In this document: piece after piece, positions 63,831-64,000 of the stretch
Position numbering within the stretch: position 1 is the stretch's first letter
Layout: each line of letters starts with the position of its first letter
IMG/VR virus record: IMGVR_UViG_2713897221_000004
Location: 1-64,000 of that record
DNA length: 64,000 nt
Source: a virus
Lineage: Duplodnaviria > Caudoviricetes
Direction: 5' to 3' (one strand)
Position numbers and translations under genes: made by a program
Notes under the pieces: generated by a model
Databases searched by the model: none
Seen by the model: the letters and a program-made list of their open reading frames with translations, nothing else
What the model was told of the DNA's origin: nothing

Positions 63831-64000
63831 ACTCCACTGACGCCGGAGACAGTAGGTACATTGGTGCGACGGGTTGGACCTACTCATCACGGGAAGACGG
63901 ATAAGGGATTGCGCATTTTGCTGGAGATAGCAGGCAACAAAATAGCCTCGATGAACTCACCCAAGAGATTTCTGGGAGGACAAAGCACCACGGAACCCAG

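Overview
The window holds a complete-looking ~60.8-kb lambdoid (long non-contractile tail) prophage of a Pseudomonas-like host, integrated at the 3' half of a tRNA-Leu(TAA). A 77-bp direct repeat lies at 779-855 and 61623-61699, and the intact tRNA is at 61641-61727 on the minus strand. The minus strand carries the replication, nin/Q, holin, head, tail, endolysin and spanin genes. The plus strand carries cI, the early operon (ERF/YqaJ recombination genes, a C5 methyltransferase, xis, int) and several morons. The standout feature is a diversity-generating retroelement (avd, a 101-nt template repeat and a DGR-type reverse transcriptase) with three target genes. All 40 VR-versus-TR differences fall on TR adenines. 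The targets are small stand-alone early proteins rather than tail fibres, one lies ~8 kb from the TR, and the TR overlaps the RT reading frame. Other notable items are an HNH gene inserted into the endolysin start with a duplicated N-terminus, a protein made of gpJ-like pieces in reversed order, a RelE/HTH/third-gene module, a HEPN-like moron and repeated covarying RNA motifs. Outside the prophage there is an IPD072-like small protein next to a decayed spanin remnant. All family assignments come from motif recognition by eye; no database searches were run.
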